Positions 28,996-38,941 of a DNA stretch of 64,000 nucleotides are shown piece after piece. The first letter of the stretch is position 1. Every line of letters begins with the position of its first letter. Below the pieces are notes generated by a model. The model had not been told where the DNA came from and made no database searches. It worked only from the letters and a program-made list of their open reading frames with translations. Source of the DNA: Gemmatimonadales bacterium (lineage in GTDB: Bacteria; Gemmatimonadota; Gemmatimonadetes; Gemmatimonadales; GWC2-71-9); the NCBI GenBank assembly GCA_965249575.1, contig OZ252244.1, positions 3,072,001 through 3,136,000 of the forward strand. The letters are read 5' to 3'. Both the position numbers and the translations under genes were made by a program.

Positions 28996-30143
28996 TTCCC
29001 GGGTTCACCTCGACGGCCAGCAAGCGGCCGGGTGCGCTGTTCGGTGGTGAGGAGGGGGTTCCGACGAGAATGGTCCGAGCTTCCGGCTGCCGGGTGTGGG
29101 ACGATTCGGGACGGGAGTACCTCGATACGATCATGGCTCTGGGTTCGGTGGCCCTCGGATACGGCCACCCGCGGGTTACTGAGGCCGCGATTTCCGCGGC
29201 GCGTAAGGGAGTGATCGGACCGCTGCCGCCCGTGCTCGAAGGCGAAGTGGCCGAGCGCTTGAATGACCTCATCCCGTTGGCAGAAGGCACTCGGTTCTTC
29301 CAGACCGGGGCGGAAGCGATGGCGGCGGCGGTGCGGATCGGGCGCGTGCACACGGGCCGCGAGCGAGTGATTAGGTGTGGTTATCATGGCTGGCTGGACT
29401 GGTGCCAGACCGCGGCGGGGGTTCCCGCTGCGGTCGGCAGCCTCGCGTGGGAGGTCCCGTTCAACGACGTCGAGGCCCTGCGCTTGGCGGTCGAGCAATT
29501 CGAGCCACTGGCCGCGATCGTGGTCGAGCCCGTGGTAGACGGCCAACCCTCGGCCGAATGGTTGGCGGCGCTCACGGAGGCGTGTAAGGCGACCTCGGCG
29601 GTGCTGGTCTTCGACGAGATCAAGACCGCGTTCCGGCTGCAAGCTGGCGGGGCGGCTGAGCGGTTCGGTGTGGAGCCTGATCTCATGGTGGTCGGGAAGG
29701 CGCTCGGGAACGGTTTCCCGATCGCGGCGGTCTGCGGGAACGAAGAACTCATGCGGGCTGCAACCGCGACGTGGATTTCATCGACCTACGCCACCGAGTT
29801 CGTGTCGTTGGCCGCCGCCGGTGCGGTATTGGACACCTTCGCCGATAGTGAGACCGTGGAGCGGATCGGTGCGGCCGGGCGGCGCCTGTGGAGGGGTCTC
29901 GAAGGCCTCGCTCGGCGCTACCCGCGGGTGGTCTCCGCGGTGCGTGGGATCCATGAGATGTGCTACCTGGATTGCCATACCGAGGAACAATCGGCTCTGT
30001 TGGCCCGGCGGGCCGCCGCTCGCGGCCTCCTCTTCAAGCGAAATGCTTACAACTTCGTGTCGCTGGCCCACACCGACGAGGTGCTGACCACGGTGCTCGA
30101 GAGGGTCGAGGCCGCCCTGAACGACGTGGATGGCGCGTGCTGA
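28992..30143 (+). CDS. Class III PLP aminotransferase (GSA-aminomutase-like)
   Basis: LGYGHP, TGAEA, GYHGW, VFDEIKTAFR, VVGKALGNGFPI. GTG overlaps the trmJ stop. Confidence 0.88.
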   Translation: MIPGFTSTASKRPGALFGGEEGVPTRMVRASGCRVWDDSGREYLDTIMALGSVALGYGHPRVTEAAISAARKGVIGPLPPVLEGEVAERLNDLIPLAEGTRFFQTGAEAMAAAVRIGRVHTGRERVIRCGYHGWLDWCQTAAGVPAAVGSLAWEVPFNDVEALRLAVEQFEPLAAIVVEPVVDGQPSAEWLAALTEACKATSAVLVFDEIKTAFRLQAGGAAERFGVEPDLMVVGKALGNGFPIAAVCGNEELMRAATATWISSTYATEFVSLAAAGAVLDTFADSETVERIGAAGRRLWRGLEGLARRYPRVVSAVRGIHEMCYLDCHTEEQSALLARRAAARGLLFKRNAYNFVSLAHTDEVLTTVLERVEAALNDVDGAC

Positions 30144-30943
30144 TCGACGTTCATGCTCATTTCTATACGGAGCTATCCGGGCGATCCGACTGGCGGGAGA
30201 TGAACCAGGCGCGATTGGAGGCCGGCGCCACCATCGGCATCGACGCACACGTCGCGTCTATTCTCGGAACGTACGGTACCAGCTCGCCCACGTACTTCCC
30301 GTCTCCTGAGGACGTTACCCACGCCAACGACCGCATGGTCCAGCTACAGCGCGAGCACCCCGGTCGCGTCTACGGCTACTGCGTGGTGAATCCGAACTAC
30401 GCGGAGCACGCGCTCCAAGAGATCGAGCGGCGTGTTGAAGAGGGAATGGTCGGCGTGAAGCTGGCGGCCAGCCGGCGCGCCACTGATCGACTCCTGGACC
30501 CAATCGCACAGATAGCCGCCGAGCGGCGACTGCCAATCTTGCATCACATTTGGCAGCACCGGCGGCGCGAGTGGCCGGGGCAGGACGCATCGGACGCGGT
30601 CGAGCTCGTCGTGCTGGCCCGCCGCCATCCCGAGACGCGGTTCCTGCTGGCGCACATCGGTGGCGGCGGCGATTGGTTGCATTCGCTCCGCGCAGTGCGG
30701 CGGTGCACCAACGTCTGGGTGGATTTGTCCGGGAGCGGTGTGGACGCCGGCATGCTCGAAGCAACACTCGCGGCCGTCGGCGCTTCCCGCATGGTCTGGG
30801 GCACCGATCTCAGTATGGGGGCCGGGTGGGGGAAACTCCGGTATCTGCGAGCCCTCGGTATGTCGGCTGACGACATCGATCGGATTTCGGGTGGCAACGC
30901 GTTCGAGATTTTTCCCCACGGTGCATTTCGTCATGGTGACTGA
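30137..30943 (+). CDS. Amidohydrolase_2-family metal-dependent hydrolase
   Basis: IDVHAH, GVKL, ILHH, LAHIGG, VDLSG, WGTD. Confidence 0.88.
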   Translation: MLIDVHAHFYTELSGRSDWREMNQARLEAGATIGIDAHVASILGTYGTSSPTYFPSPEDVTHANDRMVQLQREHPGRVYGYCVVNPNYAEHALQEIERRVEEGMVGVKLAASRRATDRLLDPIAQIAAERRLPILHHIWQHRRREWPGQDASDAVELVVLARRHPETRFLLAHIGGGGDWLHSLRAVRRCTNVWVDLSGSGVDAGMLEATLAAVGASRMVWGTDLSMGAGWGKLRYLRALGMSADDIDRISGGNAFEIFPHGAFRHGD

Positions 30944-31709
30944 CGTCTCGGCGTTCGTCGGGCAATACGCCTACCGGCATCTCGCCGATCCGACGCCTGC
31001 TGCGCTCCTCCGGCAGATGGACAGGCTCGGAATCGACCGCTCTTGGGTGGGCCACCTCCCCTCCGCGCTACATCGCGATCCGCGACCAGGGACGCTCGAG
31101 CTGGAGCGAGTGCTCGAGGGCCACCGTGACCGGCTGGTAGCAGTGCCAACGATCCACCCCGGCCTTCCCGAGTGGGAGGATGACATCTCGGGCGCCGTGT
31201 CCCGAGGTGCGCCGGCTGTCCGCGCGTACCCCACGCAGCAGAGCCTCGAGCCCGCGGGGGGCGAAATGCAGGCCGCCGCGGCGCGGTTGGCCGCCGAGCA
31301 ATTGCCATTGATTCTCACGGTCTGCTTCGAGGACGCCCGGCAGCGGCAATCGATCGACGGCGCCGAAGACCTCCCGCCCTGGGCCGTGCGGTCCCTGGTT
31401 CGAAAAAACCCACGCCTCAAGGTGCTCGTCACCCATGCAGGCCGATCGTTCGTCGAGGAGGTGCACTTCGGGCTCACCCCCGATGAAGCGGCCCGTGTAC
31501 TCTGGGACATCGCGTGGATCTGGGGTCCGCCAGAAAACCACCTCGAAAGGCTGCTGGCCGCGGTCGGACTCGATCGCTTCACGCTCGGCACGGCCATGCC
31601 TCTCCGCATCCCGGACGCGGCGTTTGCGAAACTGGATCTTCTGGACCTCTCGCGCGCCGATCGCGCGAAGCTGCTGGGCGCGACTCTGGAACGCTGGCGG
31701 TCAGAGTGA
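30933..31709 (+). CDS. Amidohydrolase-like TIM-barrel protein lacking the HxH motif
   Basis: Same layout (LLRQMDRLGID, AVRAYP, LVTH, DRFTLGTAMP) but DVSAF replaces DxHxH. Confidence 0.75.
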   Translation: MVTDVSAFVGQYAYRHLADPTPAALLRQMDRLGIDRSWVGHLPSALHRDPRPGTLELERVLEGHRDRLVAVPTIHPGLPEWEDDISGAVSRGAPAVRAYPTQQSLEPAGGEMQAAAARLAAEQLPLILTVCFEDARQRQSIDGAEDLPPWAVRSLVRKNPRLKVLVTHAGRSFVEEVHFGLTPDEAARVLWDIAWIWGPPENHLERLLAAVGLDRFTLGTAMPLRIPDAAFAKLDLLDLSRADRAKLLGATLERWRSE

Positions 31710-31757
31710 TCGGTGCGCATTCCGGCCTTTCCCGCCGCCTGTTGACCGGCACGCAGC

Positions 31758-32723
31758 GTGGGTGACATTCGGGACAGACTGCGCGGGCGGGTGATTCCGG
31801 CGGTGCCGGTCCCGTTCGATTCGGACGGGTCAATCGACGTCACGGCCCAGAATGCTTACATCCACTGGATGACGCAGCAACCAGCCGGGGCCATAGCCAT
31901 ATGGGCGCATACCGGGCGTGGCTTGCACCTCTCCCAGGAACAACGGGCCGGCGTTCTCGAGGCGTGGCGGTCGGGAATGGCCGGCATTCCAATCGTGTGC
32001 GGCGTCGGGGCGCCGGCCGGCCCCCTCCCAACGAGTCCGGGGGCCAAGGCGGAGGCGGTGCTCCAGCTGACTGTCGCCATGGCGCGTGAAGCGCAAGCCG
32101 GCGGAGCCTCGGCAGTACTAGTGCATCCTCCGGGGTGCCTCCGGGACCTTCCGGACGCCGGCCCGCGAGCCGTCGAACTGCACGTCGCCGTTGCCGAGGT
32201 CGGTCTGCCGGTCATCGCGTTTTATCTGTATGAGGACGCCGGGGGCGTCGCCTACGATTCTGATACGATCGCGCGCATCTTGGGAACCGACGGCGTCGTC
32301 GGCATCAAGCTCGCGACGCTCGATAGCGTGATGACATTCCAGGACCTGGCAGCGGTGGTCAAGGCAGAGCCCTCGACCCTGCTGATCACCGGGGAAGACC
32401 GGTTCCTCGGTTACTCCCTCACGCTCGGTGCAGACGCCGCGCTGGTCGGGATCGCGGCGGCATGTACCGATGCATGCGCTGCGCTGCTCGACTCATGGTT
32501 CCAAGGAGAGTCGGGAGCCTTCGTCGATCGGACGGCCCGCATGGACAGATTTGCCCGGGCGACCTTCTGCACCCCGATGGATGGCTACGTCCAGCGCATG
32601 CTCTGGGCGCTCGAAGCCGATGGCGTATTGGAGGCGGCAGCGCGCGACCCCTTCGGGCCGGAGCTCACTGCCACCGACCGTGAGCTGGTGAGGGAGGCCG
32701 TCATCGCGCTCCGGTCGCCATGA
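31758..32723 (+). CDS. DHDPS/NAL-family class I aldolase (atypical)
   Basis: GRVIPAVPVPFDSDGSID, FYLY, VVGIKLA (Schiff-base Lys), ITGED, LGADAALVG. Confidence 0.85.
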   Translation: MGDIRDRLRGRVIPAVPVPFDSDGSIDVTAQNAYIHWMTQQPAGAIAIWAHTGRGLHLSQEQRAGVLEAWRSGMAGIPIVCGVGAPAGPLPTSPGAKAEAVLQLTVAMAREAQAGGASAVLVHPPGCLRDLPDAGPRAVELHVAVAEVGLPVIAFYLYEDAGGVAYDSDTIARILGTDGVVGIKLATLDSVMTFQDLAAVVKAEPSTLLITGEDRFLGYSLTLGADAALVGIAAACTDACAALLDSWFQGESGAFVDRTARMDRFARATFCTPMDGYVQRMLWALEADGVLEAAARDPFGPELTATDRELVREAVIALRSP

Positions 32724-33931
32724 GCCCGCTGGCCTCCCGGCCGGCCATGTCGACGATCCAGCGGCAGCGGTTGCAGCGACTCTTCGAGCAGACGCAGCGC
32801 GAACCGCCCGGGGATCTGGCTGGAGCGGTGCTAGAGACCCTCGGGGTCGATTTGGAAACACAGTACGCGGGCATGCCCATCCCCCATCCATTCGGGAAGG
32901 CGTCCGGACAGCTCTCCTGTACCCTCTCTCAAGTGACGGGTGATGTCGCCTCTGGGGTTGGCTTCGTGGTATTGAAGACAGTGATCGCGGAGGCTCCGTC
33001 GGGGCATCGGTCCATGGAAGAGTGGTCGGTGCCCGAAACCAAGATGCGCGTCGAGCGGCGCGACTCCGCGACCGGCCGACCCGGGTGGACGGTGACGTGG
33101 AAGGGACGGGGTTGGCACGGATCGCTCCATGAGTACGCCCGCTTTTTCGACGCCGCGCTGCAAGTGGCGCGTCCGCGGAACATCCCGGTTGTCCCGTCTG
33201 TGAAATATCATCTGCCCACCGGTGACGAGCCATTCGACGTCGAGGAATACCGGCACACGACCTCCTCGCTGCTCGATGCGTGGAATCGGGCCGGTCCCTC
33301 GGGCGTAATGCCCCTCGAGAAGGACTTCAGCCCCACCTTGGCCGGCGACACTCGGGCGTCCGATCGGCGGGATATTCTACGCTGGTTGGAACAGGTCCCC
33401 GGGCTCATCAGCGAAGTCGCTCAGGGCCTGGTACGAGTCGGCGTAAAAGTCATGAATGCCCGGTTCGATGATGGGTTTCAAGTCGAGATGGTTCGGACCT
33501 TGGTCGAACGGACGAGCGTTCCACCGGCCTTTCTCGTCCTCTTCAATCGGCTGTTCGACCCGGTGACCAAGGTTGCTTTCGGCGGCTGGGATTTGAGCGA
33601 TCGCAATCTCCGAGCGTTGGATGCCCTCCGCGATACGAGTGTCGCTCTGCCGGCAATCTCCGCTACGGGGAACATCAACTCCGGAAGAGCGATGGTGGAG
33701 TATGCGCTCCGCGGGTGCGAGAACGGACAGCTCCACACGTTCTTTCAGCTCCCCCTCTACTGTTATGCCGCGAGCGGCGGGAGCCGTACGGCCCGCGCGC
33801 TGCACACACTGATGCTGCACCCGGACGAGGGGCTGGTTGCATGGCTCTTCCACCTATGCGAGGCAGGGCAGCTCCACGCGGTGGACGGAACGATTCGGTT
33901 CAGAGACGTCGTGGGGCTGGGTGATGCGTAA
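32720..33931 (+). CDS. Hypothetical protein, dihydroorotate/dihydropyrimidine dehydrogenase-like FMN barrel
   Basis: YAGMPIPHPFGKASG, GFVVLKTV, DFSPT, VGVK, LFN, ISATGNI resemble DHOD/PreA motifs in the right order. Confidence 0.55.
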   Translation: MSPLASRPAMSTIQRQRLQRLFEQTQREPPGDLAGAVLETLGVDLETQYAGMPIPHPFGKASGQLSCTLSQVTGDVASGVGFVVLKTVIAEAPSGHRSMEEWSVPETKMRVERRDSATGRPGWTVTWKGRGWHGSLHEYARFFDAALQVARPRNIPVVPSVKYHLPTGDEPFDVEEYRHTTSSLLDAWNRAGPSGVMPLEKDFSPTLAGDTRASDRRDILRWLEQVPGLISEVAQGLVRVGVKVMNARFDDGFQVEMVRTLVERTSVPPAFLVLFNRLFDPVTKVAFGGWDLSDRNLRALDALRDTSVALPAISATGNINSGRAMVEYALRGCENGQLHTFFQLPLYCYAASGGSRTARALHTLMLHPDEGLVAWLFHLCEAGQLHAVDGTIRFRDVVGLGDA

Positions 33932-35092
33932 GCCGCTGAGGATTTCCAGGGCGCGGCTCCGCGAAGTAGGCCTTCCCCTGCGTGAGCCCTTCGCGATCAG
34001 CGGGGGCCGGATGGAGGTGAGGCGCTCGCTGATCGTCGAGCTGCACGACGAATCGGGTCGAATCGGTTACGGGGAGTCCGCCCCGTTTGAGCGCCCCTTC
34101 TATTCGGGAGAGACGATTGCGTCGGCCCGGGCGTGTATCGTGGACGAGCTGCTACCGCGCGTACTCCATGCATCGCTCAGCCATCCCGCCGAGGGGCGGG
34201 ATCTGCTCACCGAGGGTGTCCGGGGCAACCGCATGGCGGTCGCCGGGGTCGAGACGGCGCTGTGGGATCTGGCCGCGACGCAGCGCGGAGCGAGTTTGGC
34301 GTCGCTGGTCTCAGAGCGCCTCGTGGAGCTGGGGGTCGCAGGGCGTTGGCTTGAGCGGGAACATCGCATCACGTGTGGTGTCGCGCTCGGAATTCCGGAG
34401 TCCGAGGATCCCCATCAAGTCGGTCGAGCGGTTGCGCGTGCACTCGAGAGGGGATACCGGCGGGTCAAATTGAAGATCAGACCGGGGTGGGACGTCGAGC
34501 CGCTGCGCGTCGCGCGCGAGGCGATCGATCGGTCGGGGCGGCAGGTCCCCTGTGGGCTGATGCGAACGGGGCCTACGACCGTGCCCGGGACAAGGAGGCG
34601 CTGGCTCGCATCGACGCCTTGGGTCTGCTCTTTCTTGAGCAGCCGCTTGCCCCCGAATCGCTGTGGGATGCCCGCGAGCTGGTGCGGGTTCTCAAGACCC
34701 CGATCTGCATAGACGAATCGCTCACGTCGGACGGTGTGGCGCGCCAGGTGATCGAGATGGGAGGTCCCACGATCTGGAATCTCAAGGTGCAGCGAGTGGG
34801 TGGCCTGGAGGAGTCCTGCAGGATCTATCGGCGGGCGTATGCGGCCGGCGTCGAGTTGTGGTCTGGGACGATGCCCGAAACGGGGCTCGGGGCGCAGGCC
34901 ATGTTGGCGCTTGGTGCGCACCGGGGGTTCGTCCACGCATCGGATCTAGAGCCCAGCGAGCGGTGGTACGAACCGGGGGTGGACTTGGTTGAGCTCGAGA
35001 TGGACTCTGGCGGAACGATGGCCGTCCCCACGAGGCCTCCGGAACTCGATCTCGACGACCGATCGAGCATGGTGGCCGACGTCGAGCGCTGA
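33924..35092 (+). CDS. Enolase-superfamily OSBS/N-acylamino acid racemase-like enzyme; frameshift near 34548
   Basis: LREPFAISGG, PFYSGET, KLKIRPGWD; then ADANGAY, LEQP, CIDES, NLKVQRVGG, MPETGLG in the other frame. One extra C in the run at 34547-34550 joins them. Confidence 0.85.
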
Positions 35093-35225
35093 CAAGTTCT
35101 CGCCCTCATCGCGTGGCAGGCCGATTGGTCAAGCGGCGCACGCATCTTCGTAATTGGCGCAAAAGGGCCCGTCATAAAGGGTGTTGTGCTGCGAGCACTA
35201 TCGAGTATCTTATCCAAGCGGCCGC

Positions 35226-35243
35226 ATGTGAACTATTTCACGA
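35226..35243. promoter_or_regulatory. Rex-type (or CRP/FNR-family) operator upstream of actA
   Basis: ATGTGAA-CTAT-TTCACGA matches the Rex consensus TTGTGAA-N4-TTCACAA at 12 of 14 positions, about 110 nt before actA. Confidence 0.65.
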
Positions 35244-35352
35244 AGTGCCGATCTGCGGCCGAATCACGAAGTTGTACACCCGAAGTGACGCGTTGCCACC
35301 CCCTTCCTCCGCCATCGGCGCAGGTAGGGTTCCAGTCCTGCGAAGGTGGTCT

Positions 35353-35925
35353 ATGACGGGCCGCGTCATCCTGCGCACCGAAGCAGCCGCCGTATTCGTG
35401 CTCGCCGCACTATCGTTGGGCGTTCCGGGCGTGGTGTCGGCGCAGGTGGTCGAGTACTCGACCGGACCAGACTACGTCGCGCCCGTCGACGTCGATACAG
35501 CCGGTCTCGACGGACCGGCCCAACCGGTTTTCTATCGGCACGACATTCACGCGGGACAGTATCAGATCGACTGCCGCTACTGTCACTACGCCGTAGAGGT
35601 GAGTCCTCATCCCGGGCTGCCGACCGTCCAGACGTGCATGGGTTGTCACCTCATTGCCGGCACGGGCAATCCCGAAGTGCAGAAGCTGCGCGAGGCGTGG
35701 AACCAGAAGGAGCCCATCGAGTGGGTCAAGGTGCACGTCCTGCCCTCGTATGTCCGCTTCCCGCACATGCGTCACGTGAAGGCAGAGGTGAGCTGCCAGA
35801 CGTGCCACGGCGCCATCGAGCAGATGCCCCAAGTCTTTCAGTACGCCCCGCTCAAGATGGGTTGGTGCCTCGACTGCCATAAGCAGCGCGAGGTCACGAC
35901 CGATTGCACGGCATGCCACTACTAG
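35353..35925 (+). CDS. actA: Alternative complex III pentaheme cytochrome c
   Basis: Five CxxCH motifs (CRYCH, CMGCH, CQTCH, CLDCH, CTACH), YVRFPH, LKMGWC. Start at ATG 35353. Confidence 0.9.
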   Translation: MTGRVILRTEAAAVFVLAALSLGVPGVVSAQVVEYSTGPDYVAPVDVDTAGLDGPAQPVFYRHDIHAGQYQIDCRYCHYAVEVSPHPGLPTVQTCMGCHLIAGTGNPEVQKLREAWNQKEPIEWVKVHVLPSYVRFPHMRHVKAEVSCQTCHGAIEQMPQVFQYAPLKMGWCLDCHKQREVTTDCTACHY

Positions 35926-35938
35926 GGTGGAAGGGTCG

Positions 35939-38900
35939 ATGGCTGACCGGATAGACCGGAGACGGTTCCTCAAGGTGCTGGGCGCTACGGGTAGTGGCGC
36001 CGCGGCCCTATCCGGGTGTGCCACCGATCATGCCGAGCAGCTCATCCCCTACCTCGTGCCTCCCGAGAATCAGATTCCCGGCATGGCGACGTGGTATGCC
36101 ACGACGTGCCGCGAATGCCCTGCCGGTTGCGGTATGCACGTGCGGGTCCGCGAGGGGCGCGCCGTCAAGGTCGAGGGGAATCCGGACAGCCCGGTAAACC
36201 GCGGGCGGCTCTGTGCCCGGGCGCAGTCGTCGCTTCAGCGGCTGTATCATCCCGACCGCGTGCGCTCGCCGCTTACTCGAACCGCGAATGGCGAGTTCGA
36301 GCCCATCACATGGGACGAGGCGATTACCCAGATCGGCGACCGGCTCGTGGGTGTGGCGGGTGACCGCGTGTGGTTCTTGAGTGGTGAGGAGGCCGGCACG
36401 TTCGACCGGCTCCTGACGGAGTTCATGGGCGCGCTGGGGTCGAGGGGCCGCGTCGTCTTTGAGCCCTTCGGGTACGAGGCGCTTCGCCATGCTTCCCGAG
36501 AAGTGTTCGGGATCGACGCGCTCCCGAGGCACGACTTCGCCTCCGCGCGCTACGTCATCTCGTTTGGGGCAGATTTCCTCGAGACGTGGCTCAGCCCAGT
36601 CGAATACACGCAGGCGTTCGCGTCCTCCCACGCGTACCGTGATGGGAGCATGGGCCGGTTCGTGCACGTCGAGCCCAGAATGAGCATGACCGCCATGAGT
36701 GCGGATGAGTGGATCGCGCCCGTTGCCGGTAGCGAAGGCGCGCTCGCCCTCGCCATGGCACACGTGATCGTCACCGAGAGGCTTGGGCGGTCGCCGGCCG
36801 GTGCCGCTCCGCTCCGGAGCCTGCTCGAGCGGTCCACGCCCGCCGCCGCGAGCGAACAGAGCGGCGTCCCCGTCGAGACGATCGAACGCCTGGCGCGTGA
36901 GTTCAGCGAGGGGCCGAGCCTCGCGGTTGCGGGCGGGATGGGTGCGCAGCATCCGGACGCCCACGCGACGGCGGCGGCGGTTCACATTCTGAATTATGTC
37001 GCCGGCAACGTCGGGCGCACGGTGACCTTCCCGGCCGGAAGTGCCGGCGGGGGCAACGGTTACGCGCGGCTCGCCCAAATGGTCGAGGCGATGGCCGCCG
37101 GCCAGGTCGACGTGCTCTTCATCCACGGAGCGAATCCGGCGCACGCAACTCCCGGCGGATTGGGCTTCAATGCGGCGATGGAGCAAGTCGGGCTCAAGGT
37201 GAGCTTCGCCCGAACCCTGGACGAGACCGCTGTGCAGGCGGACCTCATTCTCCCGGACCACGATCCGTTCGAGCAGTGGAACGATTTCGAGCCGCGATCG
37301 GGTCTCCACCTTCTCCAGCAGCCGGTCATGCAGCCGGTCTTCGACACGCGGCAAACGGGCGACATCATCCTGGATGTCGCGCGCCGGGTCGGTGGACCCG
37401 TGGGGACGCGCCTTTCCGCCGCCAGTTACAAGCACTACGTCCAGGATTCGTGGCAGCGGATTCAACGGCGGGTCGGAGACCGCCGGCCGTTCGAGACGTT
37501 CTGGAACGAGGCGGTGCAAAACGGTGGGGTCTCGAGCGAAGGCCGGCAGCAGTCGGTGCGCCTGGCAGCGTCGGCGGCGCGACTCGAGGTCACGCCGTGG
37601 AGCGTTCCTGAGGGACAGTACACGCTGATTGCGTACCCCTCGCCGGTGTTCTACGACGGCCGCGGCGCCGATCGCCCGTGGTTGCAGGAGTTGCCCGATC
37701 CGGTCACCAAGGTTACGTGGGGCTCGTGGGTCGAACTACATCCAGAGACGGCGCGGGCGCTTGGCGTCGCCGAGGGTGATGTCGTGCGGGTGGAGTCAGC
37801 GTCGGGGTCGGTGTCGTTGCCGGCGTACCTCCACCCCGGGATCCGCGAGAACGTGGTCGCGATTCCAATCGGGCAGGGCCATACGGCGTTCGGACGGTAC
37901 GCGTCGGGCGTAGGCACCAATGCCTATGACCTTCTGCCTGGAGAGGCCACGGCGTTCGGTGGGGTGGCTCACTATGCGGCGGTTACGCTCCACGCCGATG
38001 GTGGATACCAGCCGGTGGCGAAGACGGAAGGGAGCCGGCGGCAACTGGGTCGTGGCATCGCTGATGCTGTGACCCTGGCCGCGTTGGCCGGGGGCGAGGC
38101 GGAGGAGCACCACGCAGCGCACGCGGCCCCTGTGCCGGAGAGCCACGAGCGGGTCCTGGAGGAATGGGCGGAGATGCAGCACCACGACACCGAGCGCGGC
38201 AACTACGCGGGCGATCACCCTCGGTGGGGGATGGCTATCGATCTCTCCCGCTGCACCGGATGCTCCGCATGCGTCACGGCCTGCCACGCCGAGAACAACA
38301 TCCCGCACGTCGGGGCGGATCAGGTCAGGCGCGGTCGAGAGATGTCGTGGCTACGAATCGAGCGGTACTTCGAGGGTGGCGGCGAAGAGCCGCTGGAAGC
38401 TCGCTTCCTCCCCATGCTGTGTCAGCAGTGCGGCAACGCTCCCTGCGAGCCGGTCTGTCCGGTGTTCGCGGCGTATCACACACCCGACGGCCTCAACGCA
38501 CAGGTCTATAACCGGTGCGTGGGTACCCGGTACTGCAGCAATAATTGCCCGTACAAGGTCCGCTACTTCAATTGGTACGACACCCAGAACCCAGCCGACG
38601 AGGCTTTTGCATGGCCTGACCCCATGCATTGGCTGCTCAACCCCGATGTCACCGTCCGGTCAAAGGGGGTTATGGAAAAGTGCACGTTCTGCGTGCAGCG
38701 GATTCGTGGGGCGCAGCACGATGCGCGTATGTCCGATAGGCCGCTCAGGGACGGTGACATTCTCACGGCCTGCCAGCAGACATGTCCAGCGGATGCGATC
38801 GCCTTTGGTGACCTGAACGACCCGAATTCGCGAGTCTCCGCGCTCTCGCGTCAGGAGCACGGCTATCACGTTCTCGACGGACTCAACACGAAGCCCGCCG

Positions 38901-38941
38901 TTACGTACCTGAAGAAGGTGCGCAACCTGGCGGAGGCCTGA
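35939..38941 (+). CDS. actB: Alternative complex III subunit B (molybdopterin-oxidoreductase-like + 4Fe-4S dicluster fusion)
   Basis: Tat motif RRRFLK with LSGC; C-terminal CTGCSACVTACHAENN, CQQCGNAPCEPVCP, RCVGTRYCSNNCPY, GVMEKCTFC. Confidence 0.92.
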   Translation: MADRIDRRRFLKVLGATGSGAAALSGCATDHAEQLIPYLVPPENQIPGMATWYATTCRECPAGCGMHVRVREGRAVKVEGNPDSPVNRGRLCARAQSSLQRLYHPDRVRSPLTRTANGEFEPITWDEAITQIGDRLVGVAGDRVWFLSGEEAGTFDRLLTEFMGALGSRGRVVFEPFGYEALRHASREVFGIDALPRHDFASARYVISFGADFLETWLSPVEYTQAFASSHAYRDGSMGRFVHVEPRMSMTAMSADEWIAPVAGSEGALALAMAHVIVTERLGRSPAGAAPLRSLLERSTPAAASEQSGVPVETIERLAREFSEGPSLAVAGGMGAQHPDAHATAAAVHILNYVAGNVGRTVTFPAGSAGGGNGYARLAQMVEAMAAGQVDVLFIHGANPAHATPGGLGFNAAMEQVGLKVSFARTLDETAVQADLILPDHDPFEQWNDFEPRSGLHLLQQPVMQPVFDTRQTGDIILDVARRVGGPVGTRLSAASYKHYVQDSWQRIQRRVGDRRPFETFWNEAVQNGGVSSEGRQQSVRLAASAARLEVTPWSVPEGQYTLIAYPSPVFYDGRGADRPWLQELPDPVTKVTWGSWVELHPETARALGVAEGDVVRVESASGSVSLPAYLHPGIRENVVAIPIGQGHTAFGRYASGVGTNAYDLLPGEATAFGGVAHYAAVTLHADGGYQPVAKTEGSRRQLGRGIADAVTLAALAGGEAEEHHAAHAAPVPESHERVLEEWAEMQHHDTERGNYAGDHPRWGMAIDLSRCTGCSACVTACHAENNIPHVGADQVRRGREMSWLRIERYFEGGGEEPLEARFLPMLCQQCGNAPCEPVCPVFAAYHTPDGLNAQVYNRCVGTRYCSNNCPYKVRYFNWYDTQNPADEAFAWPDPMHWLLNPDVTVRSKGVMEKCTFCVQRIRGAQHDARMSDRPLRDGDILTACQQTCPADAIAFGDLNDPNSRVSALSRQEHGYHVLDGLNTKPAVTYLKKVRNLAEA

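Noticed and set aside
28992..30143. hemL
   Set aside because: It is shorter than typical HemL, lacks the N-terminal PGGVNSPVR motif, and has no hem context.
34540..34560. Programmed ribosomal frameshifting at the split genes
   Set aside because: No slippery heptamers are evident; the breaks fall in homopolymers of unrelated genes, which fits sequencing error.
33924..35092. menC as part of menaquinone synthesis
   Set aside because: No other men genes are in the window and this subfamily is often promiscuous (NAAAR), so the symbol is withheld.
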